Below, piece by piece: positions 10,570 through 20,453 of a stretch of DNA of 64,000 nt. The position numbers and the translations under genes are program-made. Origin of the DNA: an uncultured delta proteobacterium. GTDB taxonomy: Bacteria; Desulfobacterota; Desulfobacteria; Desulfobacterales; SG8-13. Positions within the stretch are counted from its first letter, which is position 1; every line of letters starts with the position of its first letter. Under the pieces are notes generated by a model. The model was not told the origin of the DNA. It ran no database searches and saw only the letters and a list, made by a program, of their open reading frames with translations. Where the stretch lies: positions 806,001 through 870,000 of the forward strand of contig CAWKCK010000003.1 of assembly GCA_963848135.1 (NCBI GenBank). The letters are read 5' to 3'.

Positions 10570-11477
10570 TCTCTCAGTTCCCTTCCCGTCAATCGCAAAA
10601 ACACATCCTCCAGACTGCTGTTTCGGAAAATGCATGTATCGGAACAAAAACGTTCGCGAATCGTATCGTCCAGCTCCTCTCCTTCCCGTACATAGAGAAT
10701 CATGCGACGGCCAAGGTCATCGTGCTCAATGCGATGTTCTTTCACATAATCCCGCAACGCCTGATCCGGACCCTCCAACTCGATGACATGACGACCGGCG
10801 TGACGGGGGATCAGTTCGGCAGGTGGGCCTTCCACCAGAATCTGGCCATGATCGATGATCACCAGGCGGTCGCAGAGCCGGGTGGCTTCTTCCATATAGT
10901 GGGTGGTTATCAAGACCGTCAAACCGCTGTCCTTCAGGGCATTCAATTTTTCCCATACCTGGTGGCGGGATTGAGGATCTAGGCCCGTCGTCGGTTCGTC
11001 AAGAATGAGCAGGTCGGGTGTGTTGATCAAGGCTCGGGCCAGAATGAGGCGGCGGGCCATCCCCCCTGACAGCTCCATGACTTTGGCCTTTTTTTTATGG
11101 GTCAGGGCAAAGAATTCAAGCAGATCGTTGGCTCTTTCGGAAGCCATTTTATTGGAAATCGAAAAATAGCGGGCGAAAACGCGCAGATTCTGTTCCACCG
11201 TGAGGTCCGGGTCGAGCGTGTTTTCCTGGTGGCAGACACCGATACGGCTTTTGATGCGCCGCCAGTTGTCCCTGATGTCGAGGCCGAAAAGACGCAGTTT
11301 GCCCCCAGAGGGCGGGGTAAAGCCATAGAGCATCCGTATGGTGGTGGTTTTCCCGGCACCGTTGGGCCCCAGCAGGCCGAAAAACTCCCCTTCGGCCACG
11401 GAAAACGAGATGTCTTTGACTGCGGGTTTCCCATCGAAATGCTTGTTGAGATTTTGAACCTCTATCACCTCTGGCAT
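10566..11477 (-). CDS. ABC transporter ATP-binding protein, NodI-like
   Basis: GPNGAGKTT, LSGGM, LILDEPTTGLDPQSRH, TTHYMEEA. Confidence 0.92.
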   Translation of the reverse strand: MPEVIEVQNLNKHFDGKPAVKDISFSVAEGEFFGLLGPNGAGKTTTIRMLYGFTPPSGGKLRLFGLDIRDNWRRIKSRIGVCHQENTLDPDLTVEQNLRVFARYFSISNKMASERANDLLEFFALTHKKKAKVMELSGGMARRLILARALINTPDLLILDEPTTGLDPQSRHQVWEKLNALKDSGLTVLITTHYMEEATRLCDRLVIIDHGQILVEGPPAELIPRHAGRHVIELEGPDQALRDYVKEHRIEHDDLGRRMILYVREGEELDDTIRERFCSDTCIFRNSSLEDVFLRLTGRELRE

Positions 11478-11501
11478 GCGGTAAAGACTCCCCTGATAGG
11501 C

Positions 11502-12836
11502 TTAACGATCGATTTCCAGGCGCATCCCGGCAGGCTGTGGATCCACCAGATTACGATGGTAGGCCAGATGGCCGGAGACGATGGTCGCCGCCACCGATGA
11601 CCGGAAGGTGAGCCCTTCGAAGGGTGACCAGCCGCAGCGGGAAAGGATCGGCTGGTTATCGACAGTGTGCCGGCGGTTCAGATCGATCAGCGTCAAATCG
11701 GCCCAGTAACCCTCACGAATGAACCCACGGTCTTTCAACCGGAAGAGCCGGGCGGGTGCATGGGCGGTTTTTTCGGCGATGAGGGGCAGGTCAAACGTGC
11801 CATTGTGATGATGTTCCAGCAAACAGACGAGAGCCTCCTGGACCAGCGGCAGGCCCGCCGGCGCCTTGAAATAAGAATTCTGTTTCTCCGCCAGGGTGTG
11901 GGGGGCATGATCGGTGGCTATCACGTCGATTTGGTTATTCACAACCGCTTCAACCAGGGCCATTCGATCACTGTGGGTCTTTATGGCAGGGTTACATTTT
12001 ATGTGCGTGCCACGGTCGGCGTAAGATCCTTCATCGAAAAACAGGTGATGAATGCAGACTTCGGCCGTGATCCGTTTGTCGGGTTGCCGACGGTCGGATA
12101 GCAGGCTCATTTCTTTGGCTGTTGTCAAATGCAGCAAGTGCAGTTGCGTGTCATTTTTTCGGGCCAGATCAACCGCCAGAGACGAAGATCGAAAACAGGC
12201 CTCTTCACTGCGAATATAGGGGTGAACCTGCATGGGCACGTCTTCACCATACCTGGAGCGCATTTTTTTTTCGTTGGCCAGGATTGTTGGCGTGTCTTCA
12301 CAGTGGGTGGCGACCAATGTCGGGGTTTCCGCGAAAATGCGTTCCAAGGTTTGTGGGTTGTCCACCAGCATATTGCCGGTGGATGCACCCATGAACACTT
12401 TGATGCCGCAGGTGGCGGCCGGGTCAAGCGCCCTGATTTCCTCAATATTATCGTTGGTACCGCCCAGGTAGAACGAATAGTTCGCGAACGATCTTCCCGC
12501 GGCCAGAGCATATTTTTCTTCCATTCTTTTCCGAGTAGTGGTCGGCGGAAGAGTATTCGGCATATCCATAAAGCTGGTAATACCGCCGGCGACCGCTGCG
12601 CGGGATTCGGTGTGGATATCGCCTTTGTGGGACATGCCCGGTTCACGGAAGTGTACCTGATCGTCGATCATACCGGGGAACACAAATTGACCGCCGGCAT
12701 CGATCAGTATCGTTGCATGTTGCGATGACAGATCGCCTCCCAGCTGCAAGATTCGACCGTTGGCCACATATATATCACCGGTTTCTATGCGGCCTTCGTT
12801 GACGATTTGTGCATTAACAATCAGGATCGATTTCAT
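11502..12836 (-). CDS. pyrC: Dihydroorotase (amidohydrolase superfamily)
   Basis: PGMIDDQVHFREPG, DMPNT, IKVFMGASTG, KCNPAIK, IATDHAPH. Confidence 0.88.
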   Translation of the reverse strand: MKSILIVNAQIVNEGRIETGDIYVANGRILQLGGDLSSQHATILIDAGGQFVFPGMIDDQVHFREPGMSHKGDIHTESRAAVAGGITSFMDMPNTLPPTTTRKRMEEKYALAAGRSFANYSFYLGGTNDNIEEIRALDPAATCGIKVFMGASTGNMLVDNPQTLERIFAETPTLVATHCEDTPTILANEKKMRSRYGEDVPMQVHPYIRSEEACFRSSSLAVDLARKNDTQLHLLHLTTAKEMSLLSDRRQPDKRITAEVCIHHLFFDEGSYADRGTHIKCNPAIKTHSDRMALVEAVVNNQIDVIATDHAPHTLAEKQNSYFKAPAGLPLVQEALVCLLEHHHNGTFDLPLIAEKTAHAPARLFRLKDRGFIREGYWADLTLIDLNRRHTVDNQPILSRCGWSPFEGLTFRSSVAATIVSGHLAYHRNLVDPQPAGMRLEIDR

Positions 12837-13157
12837 GCTTTCCAGATTCCGGCAGTGCAATTATTAGCGCTATCGAAAGAGTCCTAACACAGCGCGATCG
12901 TAAAAGCAAAAACGATGCAATGTTTGGCAAAATGTGATCAGACAGCACTCACTCTAAAAGATAATCTTCCTTAAACATACCCTGGTTTGTCGAATAACTT
13001 GAAAAACGGCGGCACACTAAAGATACAATGCATACAGGGCATAGCGGTTGTTAAAAAACGTGCTGTTATTCGAACATTTTTTACAACATCCAACGGATAC
13101 CAGCTTTCCGTATTTCGGAACTTGTTTTTAAAAGCAGGATATTTGACATGAAGGCAT

Positions 13158-14039
13158 TTAAGCGACCAGGGAATGCAACCACTCAAGGTTTCGCGCGTCC
13201 CAACCCTCTTCTTTAACGCCTTTCGGCGTTTCGATTATCTTCGGGACAGATCTGAAGAACGGATCGTTCATGATCAGCCTGAAGCATTCGATACCAATGG
13301 TTCCCTTTCCGATATGTTCGTGGCGGTCAACCCTTGAACCCAGTTCTTTTTTCGAATCGTTGAGATGCAACAGGCGCAGATGGTAGAGACCGACAATTGT
13401 ATCGAAATCCGTCATCGACTTATTGAAAGCGGTTTGAGTTCGGATGTCATAGCCGGCGGCAAATATGTGGGCAGTGTCGAGGCAGACCCCGATTCGGTCT
13501 TTTTGACTGACACCCTGGATCAATTCGGCGATATGTTCAAAACGATGGCCGAGACTAGTTCCCTGGCCGGCAGTGGTTTCTAAAAGCAGGCGAACTGTGG
13601 CATCGGGTACTGCTGCTAACACCTGATTGAGACCCTCGGTGAGGCGTCTGATTCCCTCTGTTTTGCCGCAGCCCATATGCGCACCCGGGTGCATGACCAC
13701 ATAAGGTATGCCCAATTGCGATGCACGGTTTATTTCTGCACGGAGGGCCCGACCCGACTTTGAGCGCTTGTCCCGATCCGGTGAGGCCAGGTTGATCAGG
13801 TATGATGTGTGGGCGGCCGTGTGGACGATACCGGATTTTTCCGCAGCCGTCTTAAAATCCGCTATGTCGACGGCCGTGAGCACCCGTTCTTTCCAGGAGC
13901 TGGTATTTTTAGTAAAGACCTGAAAGGCATTACATCCCAAAGCTTTGGCGCGGTGGACAGCATTGCAAAGCCCCCCAGCAATCGAAAGGTGGGCCCCCAG
14001 AAGGATGGGGTCTGAAGAAGCTGTGTTCTTATGACTCAT
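13158..14039 (-). CDS. nfo: Endonuclease IV (AP endonuclease)
   Basis: LGAHLSIAGG, HTSYLINLAS, HPG, LETTAGQG, CLDTAH, HLNDSK, DRHEHIG, ETPK. Confidence 0.95.
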   Translation of the reverse strand: MSHKNTASSDPILLGAHLSIAGGLCNAVHRAKALGCNAFQVFTKNTSSWKERVLTAVDIADFKTAAEKSGIVHTAAHTSYLINLASPDRDKRSKSGRALRAEINRASQLGIPYVVMHPGAHMGCGKTEGIRRLTEGLNQVLAAVPDATVRLLLETTAGQGTSLGHRFEHIAELIQGVSQKDRIGVCLDTAHIFAAGYDIRTQTAFNKSMTDFDTIVGLYHLRLLHLNDSKKELGSRVDRHEHIGKGTIGIECFRLIMNDPFFRSVPKIIETPKGVKEEGWDARNLEWLHSLVA

Positions 14040-14149
14040 ACGAATGCCTGACCGCGAAAAATTTGTGATATCTATTCAGGGGGTGATAAAATAGAACTTA
14101 TCCATGGTGAAACTAACGGGTTATCAACACGACCTAAGGGGACTCGATT

Positions 14150-14674
14150 ATGCCGGAAAACAGGAATGTCATTCTCATTGGCATGCCGGGTGTCGGTAAA
14201 ACCACCGTTGGCGTTTTACTGGCGGAACAATTGGGATTTGCCTTCATGGACACCGATATTACAATCCAGTCGCGCGAAAAGCGACGGCTCCAGCAGATTA
14301 TCGACAGCGACGGTCTGATGGCGTTCCGCCGGGTCGAGGAGAGTGCGATCCTGTCAATCACGGTCTGTGCTCACGTGATTGCTACCGGTGGCAGCGTCGT
14401 TTATAGTGAAAAGGCCGTTTGGCATCTTAAATCCGGCGGAACGATCTGCCACCTGGATGCGGACCCCGATTGCCTGCTGTCGAGGATCGACAACATGGAC
14501 AGTCGGGGCATTGCCATGCCGCCGGGTCAGAGTTATGTTTCGCTCTACGACGAGCGTCACCCCCTGTATATTCAGTCCGCCGACTTTACCATCGCCGTAG
14601 ACAAAATGACACCCGGCCAAGCCGCGCGGGCGATTACTAACATACTCCAAAATCGTTACCGCTTTTCCGTCTGA
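14150..14674 (+). CDS. aroK: Shikimate kinase
   Basis: LIGMPGVGKTT, DTD, FRRVE, IATGGSVV, ERHPLY. Confidence 0.9.
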   Translation: MPENRNVILIGMPGVGKTTVGVLLAEQLGFAFMDTDITIQSREKRRLQQIIDSDGLMAFRRVEESAILSITVCAHVIATGGSVVYSEKAVWHLKSGGTICHLDADPDCLLSRIDNMDSRGIAMPPGQSYVSLYDERHPLYIQSADFTIAVDKMTPGQAARAITNILQNRYRFSV

Positions 14675-14717
14675 CCCCAATAGCGGCAGGCTGGCATGTC
14701 GGATAGCGTTTTAAGTT

Positions 14718-14744
14718 AAGGGTTGCGGCGGTGACCCTTGTTTC
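14718..14744 (+). terminator. Possible intrinsic terminator after aroK
   Basis: AAGGGTTGC-GGCG-GTGACCCTT hairpin (2 G-U pairs) followed by GTTT. Confidence 0.4.
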
Positions 14745-14812
14745 AGGAGTAAGAGCCAACAGAGCACATCGCGCGTCGTCTTATGGCCGCAACACGTTAT
14801 TTTTTGTTGATT

Positions 14813-14847
14813 TTGTCATCTAAGGGGTTAATATTACAATATTGTAT
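14813..14847 (+). promoter_or_regulatory. Putative sigma-70 promoter of the NifA-like gene, overlapped by a TTACA-N4-TGTA palindrome
   Basis: TTGTCA (14813-14818), 16-nt spacer, TACAAT (14835-14840); perfect palindrome TACAATATTGTA at 14835-14846. Confidence 0.55.
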
Positions 14848-14906
14848 TATCTGGATGCCATACCAACGTAATTAAATGTCAATTCACTGAATGCACGGTA
14901 ACGTTG

Positions 14907-16439
14907 ATGGATGAGATTAAAAGATTTGAAGAGATAACGCTGTTGTATGAAATCAGCAAAGCGTTGAACGAACACCTTGAGCTTAAAAAATCCCTATATA
15001 AGGTTCTGGATATTTTGTCCACATCTCTGCAGATGCAGAGGGGCACGATAACGATATTCGATCTTCTGCGAAACGAGATTCATATCGAGGTGGCTCACGG
15101 AATATCCAGAAGTGCGGTATCGCGGGTTAAATACCGCCTCGGTGAAGGGATAACCGGTCGCGTCATTCAGACCGGCAAAGCAATTGCCATTCCCAAAATC
15201 AGCGAAGAACCCCATTTCCTCGACCGGACAGCGTCCCGCAAGTCAAAAGACTTTAAGGAATTGTCATTTTTCTGCACACCGATAAAAAAAGGCAATCAGG
15301 TTGTCGGCGCATTGAGTGTCGACCGATGGTATGATGAAGAATACAATCTTGGCGAAGGTAAGAAGCTGCTTTCTGTCGTCGCCACAATGGTGGCCCAACA
15401 TGTGATCAACCTGGAGACCATACAGCGCGAAAAAGAGCAGTTGCGCGAAGAGAACCGTAGGCTCAAAAAGGAATTGGAAAACAAGTATCGCATCACAAAC
15501 ATCATCGGGAACAGTAACAAGATGCGGGAGGTTTTCCAAATGATTTTTCAGGTTTCCAAGAGCAATGCCACCGTTCTCATCCGCGGTGAAAGCGGTACGG
15601 GTAAAGAATTGGCTGCCAACTCGATTCATTACAATAGCCATCGTGCCAAGAATGCCTTCGTTAAGGTCAACTGTGCCGCTTTACCGATTAATTTAATTGA
15701 AAGTGAGCTGTTTGGGCACGAAAGGGGCGCTTTTACCGGGGCCATCAGGCAGAAACAGGGCAAATTCGAAATGGCCAACAAGGGGACCATTTTCCTGGAT
15801 GAAATTGGTGCGATCGGCCTAGATGTCCAAGCCAGCCTCTTACGTGTGTTGCAGGAGAAAGAGATTGAACGGGTCGGAGGGCACAAAAACATCAAGGTCG
15901 ACGTCAGGGTTATCGCCGCTACCAATAAGAATTTGGAAGAGGCCGTAGAAGAAGGGACATTTCGCGGCGATCTCTACTACCGGCTCAATGTATTTCCGAT
16001 CTACATGCCGCCCTTGAGAGAGCGCAAGACCGACATCCTGCTTCTGGCTGATCATTTCCTCGAAAAATACGCCCAGGAAAACGACAAAGATATCCGTCGT
16101 TTTTCAACCCCCGCCATCGATATGCTCATGAACTATCACTGGCCCGGTAACGTGCGCGAACTGGAGAATTGTATCGAACGGGCTGTCCTGCTGTGCGAAG
16201 AAGGGGTGATTCACAGCTACCATCTACCGCCGACCCTGCAGACCGGTGTTGAATCCGATACTCTTCCCGCCCTTTCCCTGGAAGAGGCGGTTTCCAATCT
16301 GGAGCGGGAAATCATCGTGGATGCGCTCAAAAATACCCGCGGCAACATTACCCAGGCCGCCGATCTGCTCAAGACAACTGTGCGAAAATTCGCCTACAAA
16401 GCCAAGAAGTACGGCGTTGTATACCGCCATTACCGTTAA
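14907..16439 (+). CDS. Sigma-54 enhancer-binding protein, GAF-AAA+-HTH (NifA-like; no receiver domain)
   Basis: N-terminal GAF (YRLGEGITGRV..G.AIAIP), GESGTGKE, ESELFGHERGAFTGA, FLDEIG, WPGNVRELEN, Fis-type HTH (RGNITQAADLL). Confidence 0.92.
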   Translation: MDEIKRFEEITLLYEISKALNEHLELKKSLYKVLDILSTSLQMQRGTITIFDLLRNEIHIEVAHGISRSAVSRVKYRLGEGITGRVIQTGKAIAIPKISEEPHFLDRTASRKSKDFKELSFFCTPIKKGNQVVGALSVDRWYDEEYNLGEGKKLLSVVATMVAQHVINLETIQREKEQLREENRRLKKELENKYRITNIIGNSNKMREVFQMIFQVSKSNATVLIRGESGTGKELAANSIHYNSHRAKNAFVKVNCAALPINLIESELFGHERGAFTGAIRQKQGKFEMANKGTIFLDEIGAIGLDVQASLLRVLQEKEIERVGGHKNIKVDVRVIAATNKNLEEAVEEGTFRGDLYYRLNVFPIYMPPLRERKTDILLLADHFLEKYAQENDKDIRRFSTPAIDMLMNYHWPGNVRELENCIERAVLLCEEGVIHSYHLPPTLQTGVESDTLPALSLEEAVSNLEREIIVDALKNTRGNITQAADLLKTTVRKFAYKAKKYGVVYRHYR

Positions 16440-16759
16440 TAGGGTGTCAGACTCTTGACTCCCATACCGAAGGCTTTGACCCCGGTTTTTTCCAATATTT
16501 CCGACCAGCGGACTTCAGTGAGTAGGATTGATGCGACCCGTTCGCAGATGGCACAGTCAAACGGGCCGGAGCAGGGCTGTCTGTGGATGATGAGGTATGC
16601 ACCGGGATTGAAGTGTGTGTTCGCTTCAAAGTACATGCCGGACGGCGTATAGTTTTTTGCAACAGCGCGGTGGATTTTGTTTGAATTGAATCGAGAAAAG
16701 GTAATCGGGCACTCCAAGTCGATTCTACGACTGAACCGTCTGTCTGAATTTGTACTCAT
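16436..16759 (-). CDS. PilZ-domain protein
   Basis: DRRFSRR (RxxxR), NYTPSGM (D/NxSxxG-like), EVRWS, GMGV; stop overlaps the activator stop (TTAA). Confidence 0.7.
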   Translation of the reverse strand: MSTNSDRRFSRRIDLECPITFSRFNSNKIHRAVAKNYTPSGMYFEANTHFNPGAYLIIHRQPCSGPFDCAICERVASILLTEVRWSEILEKTGVKAFGMGVKSLTPY

Positions 16760-17027
16760 TGTCGTCCAGTTCCATTTCACATTTTTTGCGCCCCACCGGC
16801 CTTTCAGGTTCGTATAGTATTCCGGTCGGTCTTCCGATGCGGAGCATTTCTTGGTTTTCTGGTTTGCCTGATTTTCTTAATATGCAACCATTGTGTTGCC
16901 TGTCAACTGTGGGGTTTTTCCTGGGATGAGAAGGTGTAAAATCCACCTGGCGTGGCGGTTCGGATATGAGCGGTCTCACCCGTGGGGGCGCACGCTCCAC
17001 ATCATTCACCTTTTGATATAGAGGGGC

Positions 17028-17069
17028 GGCATGCGCCCCCCTGCGTTATTCAGGGCGCATGCCTTTTTT
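17028..17069. terminator. Hairpin terminator downstream of glnA (possibly bidirectional)
   Basis: 11-bp perfect stem GGCATGCGCCC (17028-17038) / GGGCGCATGCC (17053-17063); T run 17064-17069. Confidence 0.65.
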
Positions 17070-17082
17070 GGGAGAGGGAGGC

Positions 17083-18495
17083 TTAGATGTCGTAGTAGAG
17101 GAAAAATTCGTGTGGATGCGGTCTCAGGTTGATCGGATTGACTTCATTTTCGATTTTGTACTCGATCCACATGTCGATGGCATCCTGGGTGAACACATCC
17201 CCCTTGAGCAGGAATTCATGATCCGCCTTCAGCGCAGCAAGAGATTCTTCCAGGGAACCCGGTGCCGATTCGACCAGGGCCAGTTCTTCGGGCGGCAGGT
17301 TGTAAATGTTCTTATCGAGTGGATCGCCCGGATCGATTTTGTTCTGAATGCCGTCGATAACGGCCATCAGTACGGCCGAGAACGCAAGATAGCCGTTACA
17401 GGAAGGATCCGGGGTCCTGAATTCGATCCGCTTGGCCTTCGGTGACGATGAGTACATGGGGATGCGGATCGCGGCACTGCGGTTCCGACTGGAATAAGCC
17501 AGGTTGACGGGAGCCTCGAAACCCGGCACCAATCGTTTATATGAATTGGTGGTCGGATTCGTAAACGCGCACAGCGCCTTGCAGTGTTTCAAGATGCCCC
17601 CGATGGCATAAAGGGCTTCCTGTGATACCCCGGCATATTTGTCACCGGCGAACACAGGCTTGTCTTCCTTCCAAATGCTGACGTGCGTGTGCATGCCCGT
17701 TCCGTTGTCCTCGAACAGAGGTTTGGGCATGAAGGTGACGGTGTGGCCGTGACGGTTGGCGACATTCTTCAAAACGTACTTAAACCACATCAGTTGATCG
17801 GCCATTTGCAACAGGGGTTTGAAACGCATGTCGATTTCTGCCTGTCCGGCAGTGGCTACCTCGTGATGCTGGGCTTCAACGTCGATGCCAAGGCTTTCGA
17901 GTGTCAGCACCATTTCGGTGCGCAGATCCTGGAATTTGTCCATCGGCGGTACCGGGAAGTATCCTTCCTTGTGGCGTGGTTTGTAGCCGAGGTTGGGACA
18001 CTCATCCCGGCCGGTGTTCCAGACGCCTTCGACGGAATCGATTTCGTAAAATGCGCGGTTTGTGGCAGATTCGAAACGAATGTTATCGAAAATGAAGAAC
18101 TCGGCTTCCGGTCCGATATAAGCCGTGTCGCCGAGGCCGGTGCTCTTCAGGTAGGCTTCCGCCTTCTGGGCAATGTAGCGGGGGTCACGGGTGTAGGACT
18201 CCCGGGTTATCGGATCGACGATGTTGCAGATCAGGGTAAGGGTCGGTTCCGCGAAAAACGGGTCCATATTCGCGGTGGTCGGATCTGGAATCACGAGCAT
18301 GTCGCTGGCATTGATCGGTTGCCAGCCGCGAATGCTGGAGCCGTCGAAACCAAAGCCATCTTCAAAGCATGATTCCCCCAGTTCACTGATTGGGACGGAA
18401 AAGTGCTGCCACAATCCCGGATAATCCATAAAGCGCAAGTCCATCATTTTCGCGCCTTTTGTTTTGGCGATTTCCAATACGTCTTTGGGTGTCAT
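17083..18495 (-). CDS. glnA: Glutamine synthetase type I (adenylylatable, GSI-beta)
   Basis: [46 protein letters not shown]; adenylylation-site Tyr kept in KNIYNLP. Confidence 0.97.
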   Translation of the reverse strand: MTPKDVLEIAKTKGAKMMDLRFMDYPGLWQHFSVPISELGESCFEDGFGFDGSSIRGWQPINASDMLVIPDPTTANMDPFFAEPTLTLICNIVDPITRESYTRDPRYIAQKAEAYLKSTGLGDTAYIGPEAEFFIFDNIRFESATNRAFYEIDSVEGVWNTGRDECPNLGYKPRHKEGYFPVPPMDKFQDLRTEMVLTLESLGIDVEAQHHEVATAGQAEIDMRFKPLLQMADQLMWFKYVLKNVANRHGHTVTFMPKPLFEDNGTGMHTHVSIWKEDKPVFAGDKYAGVSQEALYAIGGILKHCKALCAFTNPTTNSYKRLVPGFEAPVNLAYSSRNRSAAIRIPMYSSSPKAKRIEFRTPDPSCNGYLAFSAVLMAVIDGIQNKIDPGDPLDKNIYNLPPEELALVESAPGSLEESLAALKADHEFLLKGDVFTQDAIDMWIEYKIENEVNPINLRPHPHEFFLYYDI

Positions 18496-18606
18496 GAAAT
18501 CCTCCTTCTGGTGCTGTAAGTTAAATTGCGTGTATGCATTTTAATTGCATTGAATATGATTACCGTGCCTTGTCCTGATAACGGGCGGCTAAAGTGGTTA
18601 AAGCGT

Positions 18607-18957
<351 letters not shown>

Positions 18958-19008
18958 TCATTTTATACCGTTAGTTGTGTCAACACTTTCCAAAGTGCGG
19001 TCGGAGCG

Positions 19009-20301
19009 TTACAGGATTTCGAATCCCCGTTCGCCATGCAGTGCGCTATCCAGTCCTTCGATTTCACTGTCCGGGTCGACCCTCAGGCCACCAGTGACGA
19101 ATTTGGTGATATAAATAAGTACGATAGTTCCGACCGCTGTGAATATGGCGGTTGCGACAATTGAAATGATCTGAATCCATAACTGCTTAGGATTGCCATA
19201 AAACAGCCCGGTGCCGGCTTCGTTGACGGCCGGATTGGCGAAAAGGCCCGTGGCCAAGGCGCCCCAGATGCCGCAGACACCGTGGACACCGAAGGCGTCG
19301 AGTGAATCGTCGTAACCGAGTTTCTGTTTGACAACGGCGACACTGTAGAATCCTAAAAGCCCAGCGACGGCACCAATCACTAGCGCTGCCGGCATGTTAA
19401 CGAAACCGGCCGCTGGCGTGATCGCCACCAGACCAGCCACAATTCCGGAGGCCATGCCAAGAACGGTCGGTTTCTTGCTCACAGCCCATTCGGCGAACAT
19501 CCACGCCAGAGCGCCAATGGCGGCGGAGGTATTGGTTACCATAAATGCCGATGCCGCAATCCCGTCTGCTGCCAATTGGCTGCCGGCATTGAATCCGAAC
19601 CACCCAAACCACAACAGGGCCGCCCCCAGTGCCGTGAGTGCTATGCTTGACGGGAACATCGCATCTTTTCCATAACCGATCCGTTTCCCAAGGACGAGTG
19701 CCAGAACCAGGCCGGCGACCCCGGCGTTTATGTGAACCACTGTCCCGCCGGCGAAGTCGAGGGCGCCCATGCTGCCCATCCAACCGCCACCCCAAACCCA
19801 GTGGGCAATGGGACAATAGATAAATGTAAGCCAAAGTCCGGTAAAAACGATCCAAGCGGAAAATTTCATACGATCGACAATCGAGCCAAGCACCAGAGCA
19901 ACAGTGATACAGGCAAAAGTCATTTGAAACAGGGCAAACACGATTGTCGGAATCGAACCTGACAGGCTATCGACACCGATACCGTTCATGAAGACATGCG
20001 ATAGACCACCGATGATGCCGCCTTTATCCGGTCCGAAAGCCAGACTGTAGCCCCACAGCATCCAAATCACGCTGCCGAGGCAATAGGCCACCATCGTCAT
20101 GGCGAAGGTGTTAAGAAGGTTCTTGTACCGGGAGAGACCACCGTAAAAAAGCGCCAGTCCGGCCGGGGTCATCATCATCACCAAGGCCGTTGACACAATT
20201 ATCCAGGCCGTATCGCCCGAGTTCAGCCCGTCGGCGGCAAAAGCGGAAGAAAAAGGGACCAATAACAGGGGGGCTGCAAGCACCCAGGGTTTCATTCTCA
20301 T
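19009..20301 (-). CDS. amtB: Ammonium transporter
   Basis: Signal peptide, GLALFYGG, FQMTFA, DFAGGTVVH, WFGWFGFNAGS, DDSLDAFGVHG, GLDSALHGE. Confidence 0.96.
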   Translation of the reverse strand: MRMKPWVLAAPLLLVPFSSAFAADGLNSGDTAWIIVSTALVMMMTPAGLALFYGGLSRYKNLLNTFAMTMVAYCLGSVIWMLWGYSLAFGPDKGGIIGGLSHVFMNGIGVDSLSGSIPTIVFALFQMTFACITVALVLGSIVDRMKFSAWIVFTGLWLTFIYCPIAHWVWGGGWMGSMGALDFAGGTVVHINAGVAGLVLALVLGKRIGYGKDAMFPSSIALTALGAALLWFGWFGFNAGSQLAADGIAASAFMVTNTSAAIGALAWMFAEWAVSKKPTVLGMASGIVAGLVAITPAAGFVNMPAALVIGAVAGLLGFYSVAVVKQKLGYDDSLDAFGVHGVCGIWGALATGLFANPAVNEAGTGLFYGNPKQLWIQIISIVATAIFTAVGTIVLIYITKFVTGGLRVDPDSEIEGLDSALHGERGFEIL

Positions 20302-20453
20302 CGTGTTCCGTGTCCTCCTTCTTTTTTAAATGTATTGTCCATCGCGGCGCCCAGCACTTGTCATGCGCCTGGAGCCCCTGCAGGCAATCGATTCTCGGGG
20401 CCATATCGCGCCAAAGCCTTTGCGCCGCTTTGCAGGCCGGATATGATCAGCCG

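Noticed and set aside
9784..11477. Nod-factor export
   Set aside because: NodIJ-like pairs are widespread; no nodABC genes present.
14722..14793. GTTGCGGC / GCCGCAAC pairing as an antiterminator
   Set aside because: The partner lies downstream of the terminator hairpin, so it cannot act co-transcriptionally; an 8-bp match may be chance.
14907..16439. Calling the activator nifA / nitrogen fixation
   Set aside because: No nif genes in the window and no TGT-N10-ACA site noticed at the local sigma-54 promoter.
18555..18571. AGGCACGGTAATCAT as a sigma-54 promoter for glnA
   Set aside because: -24 element is plausible but there is no GC at -12.
20398..20414. TGGCGCGATATGGC as a sigma-54 promoter for amtB
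   Set aside because: GG-to-GC spacing is one base short of the strict GG-N10-GC.
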